Assembly: GCA_964188305.1 (NCBI GenBank)
Contig: OZ076888.1
DNA length: 64,000 nt
Reading direction: 5' to 3' (one strand)
DNA from: Podarcis bocagei
Lineage: Eukaryota
The position numbers and the translations under genes are program-made. Positions within the stretch are counted from its first letter, which is position 1. The number at the start of each line of letters is the position of its first letter. Below, piece after piece: positions 1 through 10,505 of the stretch. The notes under the pieces are model-generated. The model saw nothing but the letters and a program-made list of their open reading frames with translations. It did not search any database and was not told the DNA's origin.

Positions 1-118
1 AAGGAATCTAACTTTAGGTGATTAAGTGAACAGCAAAGGCTTTGCTTTACCTCAAGCACTGGGAGCCTCAGGAGCAGAGATTCTCTTTTTTTTTAATTGA
101 AAGTCTGCCTTTTAGCTG

Positions 119-125
119 ATGATAA

Positions 126-172
<47 letters not shown>

Positions 173-568
173 ATATATTATTTATACCCCACCCATCTGG
201 CTGGGTTTCCCCAGCCACTCTGGGCAGCTTCCAACAAAAGATTAAAAATACCGTACATTAAGACATCAGACATTGAAAACTTCCCTAAACAGGGCTGCCT
301 TCAGATGTCTTCTAAACGTGAGATAGTTGTTTATTTCTTTGACATCTGGTGGGAGGGCCTTCCACAGGGCAGGCACCACCACTGAGAAGGCCCTCTGCCT
401 GGTTCCCTGTAACTTCACTTTTCGCAGTGAGGGAACCACCAGAAGGCCCTCAGCACTGGACCTCAGTGTCTGGGCTGAACGATTGGGGTGGAGATGCTCT
501 TTCAAGTATACTGGGCGGGCTTTAAAGGTCAGCACCAACACTCTGAATTGTGCTCGGAAACATACTGG
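119..568 (-). mobile_element. L2-clade LINE 3' fragment with a microsatellite tail
   Basis: Minus ORF ending RAFSVVVPALWKALP...FRRHLKAALFREVF, typical of an L2/CR1-group ORF2 C-terminus; (TAG)n at ~125-171. Confidence 0.75.
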
Positions 569-3500
569 TCAAGTGTCCAGATTGATTTATTCTTAACTAG
601 GTGCTTTCCTTCCCAGGAGATGTGGAATAAGCAAACATGCAACAAGTGAAATGATCCCTATTCACTGCATCCCTGTGCTTGGGAAGGGCACTGATCGGAA
701 AGATTCAGAAGGCTGGTAGTAACGTTAAGTCAAAAGAGATGCTTTTCCTTTGACTTTTACTAAACATTTCCATCTATCTCTGCAAGTAAACAGAGAAAAG
801 ACCCCAAGAATGAGAGATGGGCCCAGATTTCCCCCAACCTGATGTTCTCCACATGTTATTATTGGCTCAGCCTATCCCATCAAAATGGACTTTTGCCAGG
901 CTGCTTCCTCTTGTCCTGCTACGCCAGACCCTCACACCTGCACATGAGCAAGAATAATTCCTCCTCCCTAAGTCTCCAAGCAGGCCCAGCATCACTGAGA
1001 GCTCACCTCCAAGCTCAGCTAGAGACTTCCCCTCCCCACACAGGGCAAAGTCCGCAGCAGGAGGGAAATGACTAATTGATACTCAGGAGTTAGCAGAGGT
1101 CCCCTCACAAGGGTTGGGCCACTGACAGCCCAGATAAACCCTGGATAATAATCTCTTTCTAATGGTGCCTGCCCTCAGGAGGGGCACCCGCTGCAGCCGA
1201 GCCTGTTTCCAGGGACTCAAAGGCATGTACAACCATTGCAGAACTACAAGGAAAACAATGAGGTAGGAAAAACTCCTCCTTTTGTGAACTGCCCTGCCTT
1301 TTCCAAGCTGAAAAACATAGGGCGTTTTCTCTGCGGGTGTATTCATGCCTTTGATGCAATATTAGTGGATTTCTACTGGACCGTCCACACATCACTCTGC
1401 TGTATTAATTGTTCTATGGTGTTCTCCAATATTAGCGCATTATTGCCATCTGAAAGGGCACTAAAGAACAACAAAAGCTGGACAAAAAAAACGTTACAGG
1501 ATTTCAGTAGGAAGTTACAGGACATGGAAATGAAGCAGCGTGTGTCCAGTCCTGGTGCCTTCAAGGGGCAAACAGTAATGAAAGTGGGATCACGTCTATC
1601 TGCCATGATGGCACCATGAGCACAAATCATCATGCATGCACAATAAAAAGGACATGTGGAGGGGGCCATAGATAGACCAGCAGAAAAGCATTTCACTGTC
1701 TATCTCAGATCCTGGGGGGTGCTTATATGGCAGAGTTTAAATTCATGGATTTCAGTGAGCTCAAATGTGCTTCGCTCCATAGCCCAATTCACCCATCACA
1801 TGGACATGCTAGCTGGGACTGAAGTCCATAACATTTGGAAGGCATCAAGTTGGTGACGGCTGCTATAGTTACTGGCTTACCATGAACAAGGATATGCTTC
1901 CTGCTTTGCTTCTCCACTAGTTGAAACAACAAACCACGATCCCTGGCTTAGTCCTACGAGGGATTACAGCTCAAACAAACCACATTCAGGAAGTCAAGAA
2001 CAAACCTTGACATTACATGGTTATTTGTCTGGAGCAAAACAAACCATGACCCCTCACAGAGCTAAGCCAGGGACTGTGGTTTTTTGTTTTCCCTAGGGAG
2101 GAGAAAAGTGACAGACACCTGCACATTCATGGTAAACAATTAACTATGGTTTACCATGATGGGTGAGTGCAGACTATATTGGAATGCTGCTGCTTCGTTT
2201 TTCTTAAGGCTTGAAGCGGAACTTGGTGTTTGTTCTGGCACTAGAATACACAATGTCTCTGTCTTTTGAATGTGTACTGCATTCAAATATGTATACTGTT
2301 CCTGTAATCAACATGTAAGGCTACCAAATTTATTACTTGCTCCTGGTTCTCTGCTTTCAACAGCACTTTGATCTTTAGAGTTTACCCAGTACCAATCCTC
2401 ACCTCCTGTCCATAATAAGCTTCTTGTACTGGTTTCTGCAGATCAGGTTTTTGTTAAAGAAACAATAACTCACAAGGATGGGGGGAGAGTTCCTGACATT
2501 TGACAACCCTAATTTCCTTTAGCTTTAGACATAATCTTGTTGACTTGGTTTTGAATGTTAATGTACCCAGGTGTATGCACTTGCAACCTTCATTCAACCA
2601 GTGATGTTGTAGAATATGGTTCATAGCTAGGCAGTCTTCAGTGATCCAAGTTTCTCACTTGGTCAGCTTAGGATCATTGATAGCTTTCTGCCAAAGCTTC
2701 TGAGTCTCCATCCCAGAATACTTTATTTAATTTAATGTGGCATTTGGTTGATTTAATGTGGTAAGTATAATGTTCCTTTATACTTGCCACATTAAATCAT
2801 CTCGTCAATTAAACTTCAGGCATTTACTGGGCACCCACCTGGTATCCAACATTGGCCCTTGTAATGCCCTATATTCCCATATAAACCTATCCCCTTCTAC
2901 AAATGTACCAAAGCCCAATGGCAAATTCAAGTTTCTTTTTCTGACATTTCCTTCTCTCGAGCCCTAGTTGCAAAAGGGATTGTTGGGCTTCCACACTAAC
3001 ATCATTCATCTGTATAACCCGGTCATCAAAATCAATAGATGGTCATTTCCATGTATAGAGGATCATTTAAACATTTAGTTAGTAGTGGTGAGTTGGATAT
3101 TATTCAGCCATCTCAGAGAGTCTATTGAATGCAATGAGCAGGTATTGCAAATGTGTTTATCATTCCTGGCCACAGATATTTTTATGCTCGAAGCAAAACA
3201 GGCACACACATGCACACCACATAGCTGAGAGCCTGCTCTGGACAGGAGTTCGTTATTAAGAGCACTTCAGATATGAGGCAGGAAAATTGCACCCTTCCTG
3301 AAAGCTACTGCCCAACGCCGACTGCTTCATGGCATTTCATAGCCCTGCCAGCTGGGCCCTGATGCCTGTGTGTGCAGGGAATGGGAACAAGGGGGGAGGG
3401 AGAGAGAGCTGGAAAGCAGGAGGGGGAGGAAGAAACAGAGAGGGCTGGAGGAGCGGCCCAGACTGGGAGGTGGGGACATCCTTGTGGCTGGCTCCCAACT

Positions 3501-3868
3501 CAATCCTGGGAGGGGGGGAGCATGCCTGGTGAAGATTGGCTGCCGGTTCCCCCCAAGAGGCTGCTTTGGAAACCTAGAGGGGGTGGTGCTAAACAGCCCA
3601 GAGCAGAGACTTCAACTTAATCTAGCTTCAGCTCACTCCATCCCACCGATAGTGCCAGATACAACCTTGGGGGAGAATGCTTTTGCTTGCCTAGGCGCAG
3701 GCACACCCGTTTTAAGAGGCAGGTGTTGGCTCCTTGGCTGGACTTGGCCCAGGCAGTGCCCTTCATTCAGCTTGGCTCCCATCGGCGCTCGTGGCAACCA
3801 GAGTCCCACGTTCTCTCCCTCTCTCTCCCCTGCAGCTCAGGGAGTCCTGAGGGGAGTGTCTCTGAGCC

Positions 3869-4391
3869 ATGATGTCACCCTGCCCATGGAATGCCATGGG
3901 CACTGTGCTGCTGGTTCTGGTGCAGGGCTGGGCGCTGTCCGTGAGTCAGGAGTACGACTACTACAGCTGGCAATCCGACAACTTCCAGCATGGACGCTTC
4001 TACACTAAGCAGCCCCAGTGCGTGGACATCCCGGCCGACCTGCAGCTCTGCCACAACGTGGGCTACAAGCGCATGCGTCTCCCTAACCTGCTGGAACACG
4101 AATCCATGCCAGAGGTAAAGCAGCAAGCCAGCAGCTGGGTGCCCCTGCTGGCCAAGCGGTGCCATTCCGACACACAGCTTTTCCTGTGCTCCCTCTTTGC
4201 ACCTGTCTGCCTGGACCGGCCCATCTACCCCTGCAGGTCACTGTGCGAGGTGGTGCGCGACTCGTGCGCTCCTGTCATGGAATCCTACGGCTTCCCTTGG
4301 CCTGACATGCTCAACTGCAACAAGTTCCCCTTCGACAATGACCTGTGCATCGCTGTGCAGTTTGGAAACAGTCAGGCAACTCAGCCACCAG
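3869..4391 (+). CDS. SFRP5: Secreted frizzled-related protein 5, coding exon 1 (signal peptide + Frizzled CRD)
   Basis: ORF MMSPCPWNAMGTVLLVLVQGWALSVSQEYDYYSWQ...CVDIPADLQLCHNVGYKRMRLPNLLEHESMPEVKQQASSWVPLLAKRCHSDTQLFLCSLFAPVCLDRPIYPCRSLCEVVRDSC; donor CCAG|gtaact after 4391 (phase 1). A second in-frame ATG at 3896 has the stronger Kozak context (gccATGg). Confidence 0.96.
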
Positions 4392-5112
4392 GTAACTGCA
4401 TGGGGAGACTGTGATGGGGGGAAAGGACCTGTGCTAAGAGATTGTTTGGGAGGCAATGTCTCTCTTACAGAACCCCACACTCATCCTGCCCATTAGACTT
4501 GGGTCCTAGGGTAAGAGGCTCAGACATGCATCCAGCTCTGCTCTCGCTGCTCCTGGCTCAGGTTATCGTTCAAAGCTCTGCTGGTATTGCAAAGTGTGCA
4601 AGAGACTGCCAGTCTATCAGGGCATAGTCCAGAAGGGTGGATGGAGCACAAAGCATGTAGGCTAGGCCCAGAATTGGAGTTTGTCCCCATGTTCATTGCT
4701 TATCCAAGCCTTTTCCTGAACTGGTAGTGGCAAGTGGTTTCAAAGCTGAAAATCATCTCTCCTTTCTCTTCATGTCCCAAGACCAGGAAGTTTCTCATTA
4801 CGTTTACTGTGAGACATTATACAGTACTTGAGGCTCTAAGAAAATATCCTGTCACAGTTGCGAAATGAGAGTAGTAAGTGGCTTTCTCAACACTCACAAT
4901 ATTTGCGGTGTTTATCCCTCTCCTTTCGTGAAGTTTACATAATTTCCCATTTCATTATGTTGAAATAGCATACTGCAACGATGAGCTTGGTGCATATGTT
5001 GATCTTTTGATTCTTCCTGCCAGCTTGAATGAGGCTATGTGGCAGGGACAGGGTCCTAAATTACAACTCCCATCATCTCTACCCATTGGCTCTGCTGAGT
5101 GGGGGCTGATCT

Positions 5113-5482
5113 TAGAATAGAATCATAGAATCATAGAGTTGGAAGAGACCACAAGGGCCATCGAGTCCAACCCCCTGCCAAGCAGGAAACACCATCAGAG
5201 CACTCCTGACATATGGTTGTCAAGCCTCTGCTTAAAGACCTCCAAAGTAGGAGACTCCACCACACTCCTTGGCAGCAAATTCCACTGTCGAACAGCTCTT
5301 ACTGTCAGGAAGTTCTTCCTAATGTTTAGGTGGAATCTTCTTTCTTGTAGTTTGGATCCATTGCTCCGTGTCCGCTTCTCTGGAGCAGCAGAAAACAACC
5401 TTTCTCTCTCCTCTATGTGACATCCTTTTATATATTTGAACATGGCTATCATATCACCCTTAACCTCCTCTTCTCCAGGCTA
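5113..5482 (-). mobile_element. CR1 LINE 3' fragment
   Basis: MIAMFKYIKGCH...RTRSNGSKLQERRFHLNIRKNFLTVRAVRQWNLLP...FKQRLD; (ATTCTATG)n 3' terminus. Confidence 0.9.
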
Positions 5483-7303
5483 ATGGGAGATGGAGTCCGA
5501 TAACGCCTGAAGGGCCACAGGTTCCCCACCCAGCTCTATATAGGGCTTTCCTTGTCCTTGAGATACCACCTCCAAAAGTCCCTTTTCATAAGAAGCATCT
5601 TTACAAAAGCAGCAGCATCCCAACACAGGGCAAACCATCCATCTGACCATTTGCCCTATATCTGTTCCCTTGCAGAGGCACAGCCTTCTACATGGCATAC
5701 TCCCAGTGGGACAGCTTCCTATCAGTTTCTAGGACAGCCTCTGCTGAAGATTTCAAATCTGTAAAAATATTCCTTAATTGGATTAAACCAGGTTACAGTC
5801 ATGGGAATAGGGTGGAACCATGAAAACACACTGCTAGAACCCTAATTTGGGGGGGGGGGTCAGAAGCAGGTTACAGGGCTTAAAGCATGGGATGGAAGAG
5901 CAAGTGCAGCAAACACACATATCTACCTATGTGTGATCAATAGCAAATTCTTTAGCTCAGCAACCACTGGGAGGCAGTGTCCAATTGAACAGAGAATATC
6001 CAAAGAGACGTACAGCAAAGGACACTTGGTTAGATTGGAAACAGGAGCCAGAATCCATGACTTCTCTATAGCTTATCCTACTAGTCAGTGGAATAGGGTA
6101 CCTTACAAACCCCCACTAAGTGCATATGGCAACCTTGTTTTGTGCACACTGGGTGAGGTAGAAGGCATCTCCCAAAATCCATGGTCACATATTTCAACAC
6201 TCCTCTCCTAGTTTGATGAGCAACATTTTTCATGGATGAGTTTCCACCAGGCTCATTTTGAATTCAGGAGTATCCTTGGAGGCGCAGTATATTATTTCAC
6301 TCCCCAAACAAGTGGGAAATTCAGAGGAGCCTTTGCAGGATCATTTTCCTAGGAGGATCGCTGCTTGGAGGAGTGAGCAGCAGAGATTTATGGTGCGGCT
6401 GTGAAAATCTGTTTATTTACAAATGAACAGGCAGGGAACCAGGAGTAGCACAAATATTGCCTGTTAGCACAGACCTTGGAATCCAAAGTCTAGCAAGCTC
6501 CAAGCACACTTCCTGCTTCTTCCTAGTCATCACTTCCAGCATCTAACTTAACACCATCCGTTGAAAAATTGCCCTCCTAAACAACCCTGTCTCTGATCTC
6601 CAAGGAAGTCCTATGGGCTTGACTCTCAAAACTTCAGGATAGCTGACGGGGGTGGGAGACCCTGGAAAAGGGATGCAAAGTCTAAAACAGCAATAGAGCC
6701 TAAGGCAGGCATTTTAAGAACTTTATTGACTTGCTGGTTTTACGGTTAATTTTCACAATTTTATCATTTTATAGTTTCGCAACACACTGGTTAGACGTTA
6801 CAGTGCTAGGCGATAACTTGTTGAAATGAAAATGAACTCTCACTCACCCACACCAGGTAGAATACCCTGAGCGACGGCACCCCAAGATTGATCATCCATA
6901 CCAGATCTGGGATGCTAAGGAACACCTACCAACTTGTTATAATGACATTTCTCTGTGTGCGGCTTCAGGAGGGCGCCAGAGATGTCCTGTTCTATTCCTT
7001 GTTTCATGCCAGTATTAAATTAGTGACCCAACTTACAGACTCTCCTGAGTAAGGATCTCAACATGCTCACCTATAGAGCAGATGGCTGGGTTGTGTGTCC
7101 TATAAAGTTAGGGGCAAGTTTGAAAAGGCTAAAGAAACAGTGTCTTCATGCAAATGTCAGGTCACACTCAGCATTCATACTTTTTGTTTTTTGTAGCATA
7201 TATATATATATATATATATGCTTTCGTAGATTTTCACGGGTACAGGAATGTAGGTTTTGGTGTCTTCGGGTGTCTTCCCGTGTAAGAGTTGGGGTGTCTA
7301 GGC

Positions 7304-7337
7304 GACGTTTCGACGAGGTCTCACTCGTCATCTTCAG
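7304..7337 (-). ncRNA. Minimal type I hammerhead ribozyme core (left PLE arm, element 3' end)
   Basis: Exact reverse complement of 10098-10131. Confidence 0.7.
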
Positions 7338-7574
7338 GCTGGTGCTTTCGGCTTCTTGTTACTAGAACAGAGCAGGATCTCAGTGTTTGAGTTCCTATAA
7401 ATACTGTTGAGGGGGTGTGGTGTATAGCCTCCAACGTTCTGGGCAGAGAGGAAGTTCCTAGGTTAATGTGCCTTTTCTTCTTTTGTTCATTAATTACTTG
7501 AGGGATATCTTGAGTGATTACTTGAGTGATATTCTGAGTACCACTTAGGAGGGTCATTAGGTGTGGATTAGTTG

Positions 7575-9707
7575 CTAAAGCTTTCGTGTCTTGACCTCTT
7601 GACCTTGTAAAGAGTTTTTCTGAGAAGATGGCTGTACTGCACTTAGTTGTGCTCTGGCTTGGCTTCGTGTATAGGGGCGAGCTGTGGTTTTGTGCCCTGT
7701 GCCAGCCAGATCTGTGTAGGGATTGCAGGGGGGTGCAGCATCCGGAGGTGCCACTATGGTTTGGCTACTGGATGGTGTCTGTAATTTATCTGTGGAGAGG
7801 GTCTGGGTTTGGGTCTGGTGTGGTTGATTGGAGATGGCGTTCTGTGTGCCTCTGGTTCTGGTGTCGGTTTTTGTGGGGAGGGCTAATTTCCAGATGTCTG
7901 GCAGGCGGGACGTGTCGTCACGCTTGTTCATGTTGTGAGGGTGTTTCTCTATCTCGATGGCTTCCATGATTATTCTCTTGTGGTGATGTTCCATGTTAAA
8001 GAGCAATTTGGAATCTGCAAAATTAATTTCGTGTCCTGTTTCTTTCATGTGTTGGTAAAGAGAGGAAGTTTTTTCTTCTTTTTTGACGGCATTCTTGTGT
8101 TCTGCGATACGTGCATTTATTCGTCTGTTTGTTTGTCCAATGTACGTGGCTGGGCAGACTTTGCAGGGTATTTCATAGACCCCTTGGTTTTCTAACTGGA
8201 TTTTATCTTTTGGGTTTCTGAGGATATTGGCTATTTTTTGGTTGGTGCAAAAGGCTGTTTTGATATTGTGTTTATGGAGGATTTTGCTAATTTTATCTGT
8301 AGTGCCCTTGATATAAGGAAGGAGGGCCATGCCATTGTTTTCTTCTGTGTCTTGGTTTTTGGGGGGTGTTTCTTTTTGGATTAGCTTCGTAACCCTGTTT
8401 TGCTGGTATCCGTTGGCGATTAACACATTTGAGAGATTCTGTAACTCAGTTGTCAAGTGGTCTTTGTCAGCCAGGCGTTTGGTTCTGGAGATGAGAGTCT
8501 TGGCTACGGAGTTTATTTGTGCAGGGTGGTGGTGTGATTGTGCATGTAAGTAGCGGTTGGTGTGTTTTTTTTTCCGGTAGATAGTGTGTCCTAGGGAGCC
8601 ATCAGGTTTTTTGTAGATTAGGACGTCAAGGAAGGGAAGTTGGTTGTTGGCTTCTATTTCCATAGTGAATTGTATTTTGGGGTGTAGGCTGTTGAGATGT
8701 GTGAGGAAGCTATCTAGTTTTTCTTTCCCGTGTGGCCAAATTACAAAGGTGTCGTCAACATATCTGAGCCAAAGTTTGGGTTTGTGTTCTGACTTGTCTA
8801 AAGCATTGGTTTCAAAGTGTTCCATGTACAGATTTGCGATGACCGGTGAGAGGGGTGATCCCATAGGTGCTCCTTCTATCTGTTTGTATCTTTGTCCATT
8901 GTGGATGAAGTACGTGTTGGTTAGGCAGTGGTTGGTCAGGTCCAGGATGTATTCGGGGGGATTGTATTTGTTTTGAATGGCTGTCAAGGCTTCATTAATG
9001 GGCACTTGTGTGAAGAGAGATACAACATCGAAGCTCACAAGTAGGTCATCGGGATGTAGGTTTTGCTTCTTTATTGTTTCTATGAACTGGAAGGAGTTTG
9101 TAACGTGTGAAGCGATAGATTCTGCATAGGGCTGAAGTTGCTTAGCGAGAAATTTAGCGAGATTTTGTAGAGGTGAGCCTATGGAGCTGACTATTGGTCT
9201 GAGTGGTGTTCCTTCTTTGTGTATCTTGGGGAGACCGTAGAGTTTGGGGCATCTGGATGATTTTTCTCTGGGGATGATTCTTAGCTGGATTTCTTCACTG
9301 ATAGGAGAGGCTTTTATTTTGGATTTGGTGGTTTTTTCCAGATAGGTGGTGGGATCTGTTTTTATAGGTTGGTAGGTAGGGTCTTGGAGTAGATTTGATA
9401 GTTTTGCTTGGTAGTCCGATGTGTTCATCACAACAGTGGCATTACCTTTGTCTGCTGGGAGAATGATTATGTTGTTGTCTTTCCTCAGGTTGGTGAGTGC
9501 TTTCTGTTCTTCTTTGTGTAAATTGCTTCTGGGTGGTTTGCTGGAGCAGAGGATGTTGGTGACTTCAAGTCTGATTTTATTGGCTTCATCTGGGTTGATT
9601 TTGGTTAGGCTAGCTTCGACTCCGCATATGATGTTTTCCGTGGGGATGCGTCTCGGGGCGACTGCAAAGTTGAAACCTTTGGAGAGTACTTTGGTTTCAG
9701 TTGAGGT
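7575..9707 (-). CDS. PLE polyprotein (reverse transcriptase + GIY-YIG endonuclease), open but N-terminally truncated
   Basis: LSKGFNF, ADKGNATVV, KLYGLPKIHK..PLRPIVS, SFDVVSLFT, GAPMGSPLSP, RYVDD, LPFLDV, GVYEIPCKVC...YIGQT..R..EH, EAIEI, N; no stops over ~710 codons. The ORF track's GTG start at 9719 lies in the inverted-arm duplicate. Confidence 0.92.
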   Translation of the reverse strand, partial: TSTETKVLSKGFNFAVAPRRIPTENIICGVEASLTKINPDEANKIRLEVTNILCSSKPPRSNLHKEEQKALTNLRKDNNIIILPADKGNATVVMNTSDYQAKLSNLLQDPTYQPIKTDPTTYLEKTTKSKIKASPISEEIQLRIIPREKSSRCPKLYGLPKIHKEGTPLRPIVSSIGSPLQNLAKFLAKQLQPYAESIASHVTNSFQFIETIKKQNLHPDDLLVSFDVVSLFTQVPINEALTAIQNKYNPPEYILDLTNHCLTNTYFIHNGQRYKQIEGAPMGSPLSPVIANLYMEHFETNALDKSEHKPKLWLRYVDDTFVIWPHGKEKLDSFLTHLNSLHPKIQFTMEIEANNQLPFLDVLIYKKPDGSLGHTIYRKKKHTNRYLHAQSHHHPAQINSVAKTLISRTKRLADKDHLTTELQNLSNVLIANGYQQNRVTKLIQKETPPKNQDTEENNGMALLPYIKGTTDKISKILHKHNIKTAFCTNQKIANILRNPKDKIQLENQGVYEIPCKVCPATYIGQTNRRINARIAEHKNAVKKEEKTSSLYQHMKETGHEINFADSKLLFNMEHHHKRIIMEAIEIEKHPHNMNKRDDTSRLPDIWKLALPTKTDTRTRGTQNAISNQPHQTQTQTLSTDKLQTPSSSQTIVAPPDAAPPCNPYTDLAGTGHKTTARPYTRSQARAQLSAVQPSSQKNSLQGQEVKTRKL

Positions 9708-10097
9708 GCACAAAACCACAGCTCGCCCCTATACACAGGGCACAAAACCACAGCTCGCCCCTATACACGAAGCCAAGCCAGAGCACAACTAAGTGCAGTA
9801 CAGCCATCTTCTCAGAAAAACTCTTTACAAGGTCAAGAGGTCAAGACACGAAAGCTTTAGCAACTAATCCACACCTAATGACCCTCCTAAGTGGTACTCA
9901 GAATATCACTCAAGTAATCACTCAAGATATCCCTCAAGTAATTAATGAACAAAAGAAGAAAAGGCACATTAACCTAGGAACTTCCTCTCTGCCCAGAACG
10001 TTGGAGGCTATACACCACACCCCCTCAACAGTATTTATAGGAACTCAAACACTGAGATCCTGCTCTGTTCTAGTAACAAGAAGCCGAAAGCACCAGC

Positions 10098-10131
10098 CTG
10101 AAGATGACGAGTGAGACCTCGTCGAAACGTC
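10098..10131 (+). ncRNA. Minimal type I hammerhead ribozyme core (right PLE arm)
   Basis: CTGAAGA-T-GACGAG-tgagac-CTCGTC-GAAA-CG-TC; palindromic ACGT helix III; helix I only ~2 bp (GC/GC). Confidence 0.7.
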
Positions 10132-10182
10132 GCCTAGACACCCCAACTCTTACACGGGAAGACACCCGAAGACACCAAAACC

Positions 10183-10185
<3 letters not shown>

Positions 10186-10265
<80 letters not shown>
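10186..10265. repeat. (AT)n microsatellite at the right PLE flank; shorter (AT)n at 7198-7219 on the left flank
   Basis: Direct reading. Confidence 0.95.
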
Positions 10266-10267
<2 letters not shown>

Positions 10268-10439
10268 TGGAGTAACTGTAGGCAAAGGATGTCAGAGGTA
10301 TTGTACTTTTAATGTTGGTATAAAGCTGGGAGCCTTGTAAGGATCAGCTTCACACATTAAATACCTTTTCTACCTAACTATTAAAAGATAAAGGAGCTCT
10401 GTCCTTCTTTACATCTAGGCCAACCCTTGTCTCCTTACT

Positions 10440-10505
10440 CATAGAATCATAGAATCATAGAGTTGGAAGAGACCACAAGGGCCATCGAGTCCAACCCCCT
10501 GCCAA
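10440..10505 (-). mobile_element. Extremely truncated CR1 3' end
   Basis: catagaatcatagaatcatagagttggaagagaccacaagggccatcgagtccaaccccctgccaa; matches 5124-5181 exactly. Confidence 0.85.

Larger units (their letters stand above)
7220..10187 (-). mobile_element. Penelope-like retroelement (Penelope/Poseidon type), 5'-truncated, with an inverted pseudo-LTR, in SFRP5 intron 1
   Basis: RT + GIY-YIG ORF; 454-bp inverted arms 7248-7701 and 9734-10187; (AT)n on both flanks; hammerhead cores in both arms. Confidence 0.93.

Noticed and set aside
1083-1856. Cluster of 70-127 aa ORFs upstream of SFRP5
   Set aside because: No recognisable homology or exon structure; could be non-coding regulatory DNA, but that cannot be supported from sequence alone.
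3370-4008. 212-aa ORF overlapping the SFRP5 5' region
   Set aside because: Non-ATG start, GC-rich promoter/UTR sequence, different frame from SFRP5, no recognisable domain.
9708-9719. ORF-track start (GTG) of the 714-aa PLE ORF
   Set aside because: These codons come from the duplicated inverted-arm sequence; the native N-terminus is truncated, so this is not a full-length element.
7063-10340. Pairs of identical short ORFs (MTSETSSKRR..., MTLLSGTQNI..., poly-IY)
   Set aside because: By-products of the inverted repeat and the (AT)n tracts, not genes.
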